From assembly GCA_009103225.1 (NCBI GenBank), contig RHPI01003533.1, positions 244,713 to 308,712 of the forward strand: DNA of 64,000 bases, written 5' to 3'. This DNA comes from Chlorokybus atmophyticus (Eukaryota; Plantae; Mesostigma and Chlorokybus algae). This document shows positions 1-12,144 of this stretch, one piece after another; position 1 is the stretch's first letter; every line of letters starts with the position of its first letter. Both the position numbers and the translations under genes were made by a program. The notes beneath the pieces were generated by a model. That model saw nothing but the letters and a program-made list of their open reading frames with translations, ran no database searches and was not told where the DNA came from.

Positions 1-2249
1 GGACTTTCATGGATGCCGACGGCGTGCAAACCCTTGACGACACCCCCCTGGTGATCGGAGGCAATAGCAGCAGCAGCGGCAGCGGCATCCACATCCACAT
101 CGGCGCTATCATTGATATCGATCGCGGCAGCCAAGTGCCCGGACGTGGCGCAGCTGGTTGCCCTCCAAGCTGCATTAGCGCATGTCACCACTCGACTCCG
201 TAGTTCAGCCGGATCAAGCGGCGGCGGCGACGGTGGAGGCAGCAGCACTAAAAAAGATTGCCCTTTTTTAACGACTGATACAGCGCAAAAATGCATCTAC
301 TATGCAAGTTTTGTAACATCTGACTGTTAGATTGTCTGATGTGTCTTGTTAAGACAATCTGATGCTCAGACCGTGTACGGACATAATGCATCAAAATCTG
401 ATAGTCAGCTATATGCTTGTCGAATGTGCATATACAATTTGTATGGAGCGATCGTGTAATTATAAAACGTTGGTGTGCTTCACACATGCTTATCTTTATT
501 ATTAGGTATATCAATTGGCACACGCAATATACAAACATACATTCAATTTAAGAGAGGAGAGGACACTCGTGTGTTCACCAATTACCATATAGCTATACAA
601 CAATAAGCACAATGTTCTAGCAGCACTATGTGTACCTATGTGCAGGCAATGAATTCACCCGGCCTCGCCACCGCTGTTGCTGCCTGCAATGCACATTTGT
701 TAATACAACGCAAGCTAGCTTAATAACAAGGCTGCGCAAGTGCCTTCGGGAACGATCTACATGTTAACCACGCACATGAGCACATATGCATTGTCAAAGC
801 AAGCTAGGCATGGTAACCATTAGTACGCCGCTCGCCAACACGCCATTCCCCCACACACACGGACACATGCACTTGCAATATCAGACCGTGTACACACGCA
901 CACATACATGCGCACCCACATCGCAGTTGTGTGTGAGCAAGCCATCAACTGCAAGTGCAATGCCACACGCCCACACACGCGCACCCACACGGCCAGACGC
1001 CCGTGCAAGCACGTACGTACGCGCTCACCTGCCCACCGGCTCGCTGACAGGCGGCCGGCTGCGATTGCTTGCCTTCCTAGTGGCCGACCAAACGGCCACC
1101 ACCAGTGCTGCAGTCACCACCCGGCCCACGGCTGCGACCACCCGGCCGCCACCTCTGCCTCCAGCCGTTGCAGCCGGCAATCTGAATCTGGCCAGGGCTA
1201 GGGCTGATCTGCGGGCTGCTGACTTGCGTTCATGTCATCACATGCATGTTACCGTATGGCACGTATGTGTGACAAATATAACACAATAACATAACTCACA
1301 CGTGTATGAGTATTGAATTATACATACATATGCACATGTACAAATATATACGCACACATATATACACACACATATATATATGTATAAATATATATACACA
1401 CAACTGTTTTTTGTACAGACTACCCAAGGGGTTCAAGCATGTTTCCATCAGGGAGGCCGCAAAGAAATATTTGCTGAAAGTGTGTACAAATATATCTATA
1501 TAAATGCAGCATCGAGCGATGAGCGGATGTGGGTTCTATAGTTGAAGACGAGTGGCTGCGTGGTGAATGTTACAATTGAATACATACAAACAAGTGTTGT
1601 GTGTATGCATGTAATTGCTGCACTATAGCTAGCAGACGTTCTATTTCGAAGCTTGTCATGCATGTACACCAATGAACACAAACGCACTCTACACGTACTC
1701 CGACGCACAGCTGCTCTGATTGTAAAATGTTCAGGTATCCACCTCTCTCAGCTTATCAATTACCTTCTAGTTGCGACCACATGTGCTGAAAAAGTTTCAG
1801 ACATGGTCTCAGGTGGTCTTTGATGAGGTGGTTTTTGATTGTCAGGTGTATTTTGTCCTTATTAGACACCTTAGGGCTATCCGCCGACGTTTTCGTACAG
1901 CCTTGCACACACGCACACGTTGGCTGCCGCACCTGATCGTCATCAATGTGTCGCACTGCTTGCGGCGTCACGCTCACATCGGAGGCGTCGCATTTGTTTT
2001 GCTGCCCGATGGGGCGGCACCGCCACGCATGACGCGTTGCGCGACGAGATGTAAGGTATCATGCGTGACGCCGACATCGTCGTCAGCAGGGAGCTGGTTG
2101 GTTTCATGCCGTTTTAGAAGGACGAAGCGCGCGGGCGACGTGTCGATGTGGTGGCGTTGACGCCTGGCTGCTGCTGGATGTGAACGTCACGGCTTGTACG
2201 GAGCAGCCAGGGGCGGCGGTGCGTCACGCCGAGTTGTCGAAGCGCAGGA

Positions 2250-2925
2250 TGTAACAGTCAAGGCCAAATTCTGTGATTTTCATGGCCGTTTTAGGCCTTA
2301 TTTGTAAGGTACATGTTTTTAATGACTTGTGGTGGATATCGGCGAGTTATGAGTCTGCCGCGGATATCGACTGGGGCCCCAAGACCAGTCCGGAAGGTGC
2401 CAGAAAACGGAGGGCCAGTCGAGAAGGGCTCGACCAGATTTCTGGAAGGGCCTGGCGCCAAGTAGTATAACTTGACCATATGAGCAGCAAATTATGAGAT
2501 CTTTGGTGCGTTGGAAAGGTCTAGAAGTGTACTACAAGATTCTGCAAGAATATCTTAGCTTCTAGTTCCGTCTAGCGCTAGAATCGTCTAGACAGTAGCA
2601 TGTGCAGACTGGTAGGTATAAAAGTGACATTTCACAATTTGCAATACAACCTTTAGCTCCCTAGTTAGTTTCTTGTGTGCAAGCTTGGTGGTGGCTAGCA
2701 GGGGTTGCTAGCGTGTGTCCACCGGTGTGTGCTTGCTTGTGTGACGATCCAAGGCGCTACACAAGTCGGTGTGTAGCTTCGAGCGCATGCGCGTGCGTAC
2801 GCGAGAGGCGGGGCGCGCGTGTGTGCTTGGCAGAGGGGGCAAGGTTCCGGTGTGAATACCGTGTCTTGGTGAGAGGGTTGTTGATTGGACCAACTCACAG
2901 GTGACAAGGCACGAGCACCGTCACA
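2250..2925 (+). repeat. 5' LTR of element 1 (676 bp)
   Basis: TG...CA termini, direct repeat of 7638-8314, followed by AC and the tRNA-iMet-type PBS. TATA-like GGTATAAAAG near 2615. Confidence 0.97.
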
Positions 2926-3019
2926 ACTGGTATCGGAGCACTGTTTACAAAGGTGAGAGAGGAAGTGTGTGGGCGATTACACTTTTCATTCGGAAGCGGA
3001 GTGTAGTGTGTTAGTGGAG

Positions 3020-4048
3020 ATGGAGGATGCTCGCATGGAAGAGCTTCAAGCTGCCATCTTAGCATTAAGAGAAGAGCTTCATCACACTCAAGCGGCGGCA
3101 CAAGCACAACGCGAGGCGTATGAGCATGCGATGGCGCGTGTACAAATTCCCATGGCATCAAGCTCGCGCGTGCATGTGAAGGTGCCAAAGCCCAAGCCAT
3201 TCAGGGGTCAACGTGATGGAGATGCAGTGGATGAATGGATTTTTCAAGTATCGTCTTGGTTGAAGCTCACGGAGGTGCCCACGCATCTGCACGTGGAGGT
3301 TGCAGCGACATTGCTTGAAGGTGCAGCACTTGTGTGGTGGAGGCATCGATGTACACGTGTTGCAAACGGGTTGGCGCTACCATTGACCACCATGGAAGAA
3401 TTGGCACTGGAGGTCAGGCATCAATTTGTTCCCGTTGAGAGCGTGAAGGCCGCACGCGACAAACTTGCAGCCCTTGTGCAAATGGGGTCGGTGATGGCGT
3501 ACACGGCCGCGTTTCAGCGATTGGTGATGTCCATACCCAATATGACCGAGGAGGAGCAGTTGGACAGGTATACACGTGGTTTAAAACCTTTGGGGCGTAA
3601 AGAAGTGGAGCTACGGGACCCGAAGACACTCGCGGAGGCTATACGCATCGCGGAGCGTCTCGACGCGTTGTACTTCAAGTCCACCACAAGAAACACTGAC
3701 TGGAGGCAAAGGCATGGTGATCAGCCCCGGGGAGGCGTTCAACATGCATGGAGACGAGGAGAACCAAGTTTAGCACTTGCAAATGGAGGTGGAGCTGACT
3801 GTGGGCCTGCACCAATGGAGGTGGGTGCCATACACACACATGGAAGTGAGGCGAAGCACGGCGGACGTGGTGAAAGAGGTAAAGGTGTGCGCAAGTGTTA
3901 TGCGTGTGGGTCGACGGAGCATTTGGCGTACGGATGCCCAACACGAAGCATGCGAAGGCCAACACCGGATGGCAACCCTCGCCGTGATCGTCGCGTCAAC
4001 ACCATGGAGCAAAATGGCGTGGAGCAGGAAAACGACTTTCCCCAGTAG
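3020..4048 (+). CDS. gag: Gag of element 1 (retrotransposon gag plus CCHC zinc knuckle)
   Basis: Open frame from ATG at 3020. Capsid-like motifs PKPFRGQRDGDAVDEWIFQV and VMAYTAAFQRL; knuckle CYACGSTEHLAYGC. Confidence 0.9.
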   Translation: MEDARMEELQAAILALREELHHTQAAAQAQREAYEHAMARVQIPMASSSRVHVKVPKPKPFRGQRDGDAVDEWIFQVSSWLKLTEVPTHLHVEVAATLLEGAALVWWRHRCTRVANGLALPLTTMEELALEVRHQFVPVESVKAARDKLAALVQMGSVMAYTAAFQRLVMSIPNMTEEEQLDRYTRGLKPLGRKEVELRDPKTLAEAIRIAERLDALYFKSTTRNTDWRQRHGDQPRGGVQHAWRRGEPSLALANGGGADCGPAPMEVGAIHTHGSEAKHGGRGERGKGVRKCYACGSTEHLAYGCPTRSMRRPTPDGNPRRDRRVNTMEQNGVEQENDFPQ

Positions 4049-7000
4049 GTGAGGAGGCTACTGCTGGGGATAGGAATGAGCCTCATGCACGGACGGATGC
4101 TGTGACTTTCGCATTAAAGAAGCAAGAGGAGATGGCTTTGAACGTGCCAATGGCGGTCAGTTATGCAAACGAGGAGACAACAAAGTACTTCGGGCTTCGA
4201 GCACACATTTGCGATGACCAAGGACGATGGAGAGAGTGTAAGCTCATGATTGATAGCGGTGCCAACAGCAACTTCATGAGTATTGATATCGCGCGGCGTT
4301 ACGGTTGGCTTTCGTCATTACGAAGAGGTGAAGTGAAGCTCGCTGATGGAGAGCCACCCTCTGGAGGTGATGGCGCTGCGTTTATGACCAAAGAGTTGTG
4401 CGTTCGCATTGGGAAGATGAAGGAGAGCATGCGATTTGCTGCATCACCCTACGGAACGGGTTTGATGGGATTTTCGGACTACCGTGGCTATGGCAACATA
4501 ATCCAGCCATCAATTGGAGGAAGCGCGTGCTCACCATCGAGCGAAACGGTGGAGAGTCCATTCAAGCTGCATCGGACGTCATCGAGGCGCGGCACGCACA
4601 ATTAGGTGGTACGACAATTGCCCAGATCTCTTATGTGCAATTGAGGAAGTTATTGTCTCCACGGAAGGCAAAGGCTGCATGGTTGTGCGTGGTGCGCGAA
4701 AACACTGCAAAGTCAGCACCGGAGATGAGTGACGATGTTCAGACAGCTACTATGGACCCCGAGGTGTGTAAACTTGTTAAAGAATACGAAGATATCATGG
4801 TGGACGGACTTCCATCTGGTCTACCACCTCCACGGAGCGTAGACCACCGTGTGGAGCTGATTGAGGGCGTGCACAAGCCACCGTATCGACCCGTATACAA
4901 GTTGTCACCTTTGGAACTGGAAGAGGCCGAGAGGCAGGTGGCGGACTTGCTGAAAAGAGGCTACATCAGGCCTAGTAAGTCCCCCTATGGTGCACCTATT
5001 TTGTTTGTACGAAAGAAGAACGGGAGCTTGCGCATGTGCGTCGACTACCGAGCTCTCAACAACATCACGCAGAGGAATTGCTTTCCACTCCCACGTATCG
5101 ACGAGTTGCTGGAGCAACTGCAAGGTGCGCAGTACTTCACAACACTTGATCTTGCTGGAGGTTATCACCAAATTCGCATCGTGCCCGAGGATGTGGAGAA
5201 AACAGCTTTTAACACACGTTATGGGCGCTACGAGTGGTTGGTCATGTCCTTCGGACTTACGAACGCACCGGCAACATTTCAAACGCTTATGAACAGCGTT
5301 TTTGCTGACTTGATTGGTAAGGGAGTCCTCGTGTACCTCGACGACATTTTGGTGTACGCGACAACAAAGGAGGAGCACGTGGCACTTCTACGGCGCGTGT
5401 TGCAGCGTTTGCGCGAACACAAGTTGTACGCCCAGCTACAGAAGTGCAAATTCTTGCTTCGAGAGGTGGAGTACCTAGGCCACATTGTGTCGCATGAAGG
5501 CATCAAGCCGGACCCCAACAAAGTGCAGGTGGTGCGCGAGTGGGCTGCCCCGACCAATGTAAAGGAGGTGATGTCCTTTTTAGGCCTTGCGGGGTATTAT
5601 CGCAAGTTTATCATGGGGTTTTCGCGCATAGCTGCTCCCTTGACTACCCTACTCAAGAAGGGAAAGCATTGGAGCTGGTCAGCAACAGAGGAACATGCAT
5701 TTGCTGCGTTGAAGAAGGCGCTGACGGAGGCACCAGTCCTGGCTCACCCCAACATGGAAAAGACATTTATTTTGGCTTGCGACGCGTCCGACACAGCCGT
5801 AGGAGCTGTTTTGCAGCAAGACCATGGCAACGGCCTTCAACCAGTAGCATNAAGCATTCTTCAGCAAAAAGATGAGTGGTGCGGAGATGAATTACCCCGT
5901 GCACGAGAAGGAACTTTTAGCGCAAGTCATGGCGCTACGACAATAGCGTTGTTTTTTGAAAGGCAAAAAGTTCGTGCTTGAAACGGATCACTCTCCACTG
6001 AGGTACTTACAAACACAACCTCATCTGAGTCGCAGACAAGCTCGATGGCTTGAGTTCTTTCAATTTTTTAACTTCGATATCAAGTACAAGCCCGGTACGT
6101 CAAATGGTGTTGCTGACGCGCTGAGCCGGCTTAATGCAATTGAGGCACTCGCTCAAGTGCAGCCCGAGTGGACCGACCAGATTCGGCAAGTGCTTCGTGA
6201 AGACACGCAGGGTATGAAAGTGTTGCAAGAGCTGGAAAATACAGCTACGGACACAAGTGGGCACTGGTCAATGCGCGACGGGCTGCTGTGGCACCATGGG
6301 CGCTTGTACATCCCCAACGTCGCGCATATCCGTGTGAAGTTGCTGAAGGAAGCTCATGACGTGCCCATTGCTGGTCACCAAGGGTTGGAAAGGACTTTGG
6401 CAAGCTTAAAACAGCGTTTTTACTGGCGAGAGATGCATCGCGATGTGCGCGACTACGTGGCGTTGTGCGACGCATGCCAAAGGGTGAAGGCAAGCAACCA
6501 AAAGCCAGGTGGGTTGCTGAAACCTCTCCCTGTGCCGTTGTCTTAGTGGGAGCAAGTTACCATGGACTTTATCACGGGGCTACCAAAGACAAAAGCAGGG
6601 TACGACGCTATACTTGTGTTCGTCGATAAAACCAGCAAAATGGTACGCTTGGCACCGTGTAGTGAGTCTTGCACGGCACCGGAGGCAGCACGCTTGTTCG
6701 TGAAGCATGTATTTCATTCTCATGGATTACCACGAAGCATTGTGAGTGATCGCGACCCGCGCTTTACAAGTAAGTTTTGGGAGGCGCTGCATAGTGCAAT
6801 AGGTACCACCTTGAAGTTTATCACGGCATTCCACCCGCAAACTAATGGGCAAACGGAGCGGGCCAACCGTGTGATCGAGGACATGCTGCGTTGCTACGGT
6901 AACGCGCGACAAGACAATTGGGAGGAGCTGCTTGAGTTGGTTGAGTTTGCGATCAACAACCACCACAATGCAAGCACAGGTGTCACTCCCTTCCTTATGA

Positions 7001-7695
7001 ACTACGGGCAACATCCATTGACACCGTTGACTGCATGGACACCGCGACGACATGACGTGCGTGTGGAGGCAGCTAATGACTTCCTTACAAAGTGCGCGGA
7101 CATTAACAAGGCAGCTAGGGATGCGTTATTGGTGGCACAAAATCGGCAGAAGCAGTACGCGGACGCGCATCGCCGACACCTCACGTTTCAGGAAGGCGAC
7201 ATTGTGTTACTCTCCGCGAAGCACGTCCAGGTGCGTAAGGGAGTTCGCAAGCTGAATGAACGCTGGTTGGGACCATTTAAGGTCAGCAAAGTTATCTCGG
7301 ACGTGGCGTACAAGTTTGAGCTACCCGACACCATGCGTGTGCACCCCGTTTTTCACGTCTCCCTTGTGAAAGCATATCGAGGACAACCGCCAAAAAGGCC
7401 ACCCCCCGAAGTTGGCACGAACGGTGAACCCGAGTGGGAGGTAGAAGACATCCTTGGTGAGAAGTTTGTGCATGGCGTACGCAAGTTCTTAGTGAAATGG
7501 AAGGGCTATCCGTTGCATGAAGCATCCTGGGAGCCAGAGGCACACTTGATTAATGCTCAAGACGTTGTGCGTGCTTATCTTGCTCGACGACAACCTCGCG
7601 AGCTTCGAGGACGAAGCTCACTTGGGGGGGGGAGGAGTGTAACAGTCAAGGCCAAATTCTGTGATTTTCATGGCCGTTTTAGGCCTTATTTGTAA
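4027..7695 (+). pseudogene. pol: Pol of element 1 (protease, RT, RNase H, integrase, chromodomain), disrupted
   Basis: PR motif LMIDSGAN; RT motifs LRMCVDYRALN and VYLDDILV; RH motif ACDASD; IN motifs H..PIAGHQG..CDAC, MDFITG, SDRDPRF and GQTERAN; WLGPFKV; chromodomain EWEVEDIL..FLVKWKGY..ASWEP. Lesions: 1-bp frameshift near 4450, in-frame TAG near 5944 and at 6544, and an assembly overlap (agcat-n-aagcat) at 5851. Confidence 0.93.
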
Positions 7696-8314
7696 GGTAC
7701 ATGTTTTTAATGACTTGTGGTGGATATCGGCGAGTTATGAGTCTGCCGCGGATATCGACTGGGGCCCCAAGACCAGTCCGGAAGGTGCCAGAAAACGGAG
7801 GGCCAGTCGAGAAGGGCTCGACCAGATTTCTGGAAGGGCCTGGCGCCAAGTAGTATAACTTGACCATATGAGCAGCAAATTATGAGATCTTTGGTGCGTT
7901 GGAAAGGTCTAGAAGTGTACTACAAGATTCTGCAAGAATATCTTAGCTTCTAGTTCCGTCTAGCGCTAGAATCGTCTAGACAGTAGCATGTGCAGACTGG
8001 TATAAAAGGTATAAAAGTGACATTCTACAATTTGCAATACAACCTTTAGCTCCCTAGTTTCTTGTGTGCAAGCTTGGTGGTGGTTAGCAGGGGTTGCTAG
8101 CGTGTGGCCACTGGTGTGTGCTTGCTTGTGTGACGATCCAAGGCGCTACACAAGTCGGTGTGTAGCTTCGAGCGCATGCGCGTGCGTACGCGAGTGGCGG
8201 GGCGCGTGTGTGTGCTTGGCGGAGGAGGCAATGTTCCGGTGTGAATACTGTGCCTTGGTGAGAGGGTTGTGGATTGGACCAACTCACAGGTAGCAAGGCA
8301 CGAGCACCGTCACA
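7638..8314 (+). repeat. 3' LTR of element 1 (677 bp)
   Basis: Immediately follows the PPT, has TG...CA termini, and is followed by TSD CAGGA. Confidence 0.97.
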
Positions 8315-8712
8315 CAGGAAGTAGAGAGACCACCCGCCCGTCGGACACATTTGATCCATTGACAGCGAAAACGCACGGTACTTTGGGAAGTGCGTTCCAC
8401 AACGTCCTGGCCGTGCGCGTCGCGCACAGTGGCCACACTTGCCGCACAAGCGTAGGGCGGGTTTCCTGACGCTGTACAGGCAGCGCATGTCCTGCAGCGC
8501 GCACAAGGACTGGCAGATCTAGAGTGAGGGGCTGCGGTGGTGGCGCTGGTACCGGGTTGCACGAGCACACACGTGGCAGCGCCGACGGCGGAGGACGACG
8601 CCGGAAGGCTAGCTAATGGCTAGCATAACTTTAGAGCTCCTCCCCACCGGACGGATAGCCGGCGGAGAGGATAGATTAATGCCGCCTATCCGTCATTTAT
8701 CTTACGAAACCA

Positions 8713-9334
8713 TGTGAGAAGCCGGTGGGTGACCGGTAGTGGCGCAGTCACCACCGTCATCCACGTGGCCTGTGCGCCGAACGTATTAGCACACACAGCT
8801 CATGCCCACCCGGGGAGGCAATGAGCAAAATTCATTGTGAAATTGTGACATTCACATAAGCACGCCATGCATCATTCACTCAAGTTTCAGAAGTCATTCT
8901 TGTATTAAAGATGCTTGAAGAGAAGGCGGCTCCCGGGTTGCCTACAAGTGAGCCGCTGAACTACTTTTATACCCTTGTCACTAGTCTTATCCAACTAGGC
9001 ATGCAATAACAAATAAGCTTATTAACCACTGTTTGATTAATAATGCAACTATAATATGTCGGCATAGCCACACTAGGGCATCTTCCCTAGCTATTTACAG
9101 CCATTTCCTGCAGTAAGACCCGTGGCTAACTGCCTTATTATGCGATCACATGGTTAATTAAATAACCAACATTATTTTAACTACATCAACACCTACTGGC
9201 CGTTGATGCAGCACCTCCTCGCCGTCTTCATCGCACGGTCGTCACGCTCCGCGCACGGTCTTCATCGTTGTGTCGTGATTGGACCACGCGGCCTGGTCAC
9301 TGTCTCGCTGCCGGGCACCCGTCTGGTACCCACA
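8713..9334 (-). repeat. 3' LTR of element 2 (622 bp)
   Basis: Direct repeat of 17471-18088. On the element strand it reads TGTGGGTACC...GGCTTCTCACA. Confidence 0.95.
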
Positions 9335-11990
9335 GATGTGAGAAGCCCCTCCCCACCAACACAAAAACCCACCTGGGTTTTGCTGAGGAAATTTTCACAT
9401 AATCCAGGGAATTCAGTAAACCCAGCAAACATTGCAGTAGGAGCCTGAGGTTGCACATTGAGCGGTCCTGGCAACAGCACGATCAGCACTCCTTCCGGGT
9501 TTCCCGGCATGGTCGTGGCGTGCACTGCATAATACTGGTATTTCTCGTCTGCTGGCAGTTGTACGGAGGTAGGGAAGAACCCACTCTTGCTGTTGATACA
9601 GGTTTTCATGCCCCGCACGTCCACCACAATTGGCCCAATTGATTTTGCAGCGCCTGTGACTGCTCTCTGGGTCTGCATGAGGCCCTGGTCGGAGCCATAT
9701 TGGTTCATGACCCCGGACTCGAATGGATTTATATCCGCCGTTGGCCCCAATTCTACCACGCCGTCGATGGAGCCGCCACGTCACGTACGGAAACGCGCAC
9801 AGGCGACTTGCCGTGGTGTCGCGGCGTACGAGCCCTTATTGGCGACCTGATGCGGTACGGTGACCTGTCGCGCGGCACCGTGAACTGCCCACGTGGCGAG
9901 TACCTACGCGGCGAACGCTCGCGACCGCGGTCCCTTGAGCGATGCCGAGTTGGTGAGCGCGATCGAGCTGGCTGGGGTGAGCGCGCCGATCGTTGTGAGC
10001 TGTGAGCCTTGCGATCCTTGCGATTGGGTTCAGCCCGGGGAAGATGATCTTTGTGAGCAGCAGTCCCGACCTGGGGCAATTCAGGTCCTTCCTGGGTAGG
10101 GACTGGTAGCCGTGTATCAATGTATTGCTTCAAGGCCGCGAACATCTTCTCCATCTCCGTGGGTGACTCCGGGGACTTCAAATTTGTCTGGTCTTGGGAC
10201 CCATTATGTAAATGAGGCGGCTTTAGGATTACTTGCTGGTTGGGTTTAGGCGTGTTTAGGACCCTGCCAATGCGCGTGATTCGACTGAACTTAGGAAGCG
10301 TGTCCGCCGCCGAGTCCACCATCACCACGTCGTCATCTTCAATACCCTTGCCGTCCCCCTAGACCACGCCATCCTTGGGCTCCTGGCTAACGCCAACATT
10401 CCTGCCGCCTGTCGGAACTCTCGTAATAACTTCCGGCATGATATCGGGAACTTGCCTATTAGCTTCCGTCCAAACTTCCCTTTTTTGGAATGGAAGCTTC
10501 CTTTGTAACTCTCATAATAACATCCTCAACAACTTCCGCAGCTACTTCCACGCCGACTGACGCCGTTGGCACTGCCTGGTCGACGGTGCCTGCCGCGTCG
10601 ACGCCCGTTTGCACTGCCGCTCCAGCGACAGAGCTCGTATTGTCTTCATAGTCCAAGGGGTCTTGGGAGGGAGACCTGGTGGACCCTGTTACTTGAACAG
10701 GCTTGGGTGCTGCTGGCACGCTCACTTGCCGGGTGGGCACCTGACCCAAAACCACATTATCATCAGCCAAAATAGGCTGTAATAAAGTGTTTTCTGTAGA
10801 AATTGTGCAATAATAGCCACATTGTTGCCAATCAATAACAGGTTGCTGTATTTCAGCTTCCTCACTGCTTGCGGCCAACATCTCATCCACAGCGTTGCGC
10901 ACACCCTCAGCTAATCCTGACTCATCTTCATTGTATTGTGATGGTAGCAGATTAGCCAATGTCAGTGGGTTGCTCTCATGAATTCTCGTAGCAGCAGGTT
11001 GAGGTGCAAACACAGATGCATCAATGCACAGCTGTCGAGTACGCACAAGTTTGCCTCCCATAACTGTAGTTGGACGCTTCACAAACTCAAAGCCCATAAA
11101 TTGTTGTAGCTTTTGCTTGCGTTTGCTACTCAATCTACTTGCTTGAGAGCGTACCAGCTTAGCGGGGCTGTCGTCAAGCTGATAAGTGAATTCTGGTGAT
11201 TCGCGTGTCACTTTCTTCTGCTGTTCATCCCAGAGGAAGGGCGTTTGCCCCGGTGCTGGTGGTGATGGGTAGGACGCCTTGTCCACCTTTGTTGTCATGC
11301 GCGGATAGACAACAGCATGGCCACAAGCTTGACGCCATCCATTCACCCAAGCTGCACGCTCATGTGTGTTGCCAGACTGCTTGTGACGAGGGATGGTGTC
11401 ATGCAGCCTCTCCGGTAGTCCAGGTGGATACTCTAGCCGGTTGTTGATTTTTGCGGGTGCCATGCTGCAACAATAAGCCTTATTGAGTCCTTTTTTAAGG
11501 CTTAATTGATGACTTTTGGCTATGCAGTTAGCTGTGCAGTCAGTCTCTGCTATTGATGCCACTGGAGCAACTCTTGACTGTGACAACTGACTGGGTATGG
11601 CACACCTGCGGCATCCTCAGTGCCCGCCCTGCCTACCCACGTCCCCAGTCACATTATGCCGCCTCAGCAACGTCGCACACACACCTTAACACTGACAAGC
11701 CTGGCTTGGCAATGACTGCCAGTCACTGCCACACTGCAGTGCAACCAGCATACCTGCAGGCTGCAGCTGCTGCTGCGAGCCGCTGCCGGCAGAGGGCGTG
11801 ATGATGGCAATGGCAGGGCGTGCTGCCACAGCCCGCGCATGTCTCCACTGACGTCGCCGCCGTCGTACCTCGGCTGCCGCTCCCGCCGCTGCCGCCGCCG
11901 CTGACCAGTGCTGCTGCACTGGCAACCTCAAAAAGGCTGCAGTTGGCCTTTTCAAGCCGCCGACCGGTGTTGGCCGATTGCGGCCTTCTT
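9262..11990 (-). pseudogene. Accessory (extra) ORF region of element 2, unknown function, fragmented
   Basis: Sense-strand ORFs of 375 aa (10459-11586), 191 aa RS-rich (9753-10328) and 165 aa (9262-9759) between pol and the PPT. A candidate GT-AG intron at 11606-11753 joins an upstream Cys/His-rich frame in frame. No recognisable family. Confidence 0.6.
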
Positions 11991-12144
11991 TTACAATTGT
12001 TTTTTGGGGTTTTTCGGCCTCAAATTCGGCCTTTCCTCAATTTGCCAGCCGCGAGTCTCAGGGCCGTCGATCTTATCCGACGGTCACCATGAGTTCGCGC
12101 GGCTTGCGAATCATGGCGCCGCGGAAGGCCCTTCCTGGGCCTTT

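Larger units (their letters stand above)
2250..8314 (+). mobile_element. Full-length Ty3/gypsy chromovirus LTR retrotransposon (element 1), coding region inactivated
   Basis: LTRs TGTAACAG...CCGTCACA at 2250-2925 and 7638-8314. 5-bp TSD CAGGA (2245-2249 and 8315-8319). PBS TGGTATCGGAGC at 2928-2939 and PPT GGGGGGGGGAGGAG at 7624-7637. Domain order gag, PR, RT, RH, IN, chromodomain. Confidence 0.97.

Noticed and set aside
1900-8580. GC-rich minus-strand reading frame interrupted by element 1 (LDLPVLVRAAG...LLP/ALRQLGV...)
   Set aside because: Rejoining across the TSD gives short frames with stops and shifts and no recognisable domain, so it cannot be supported as a gene.
9262-11586. env gene interpretation of the element 2 accessory ORFs
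   Set aside because: No signal peptide, furin site or transmembrane helix is visible.
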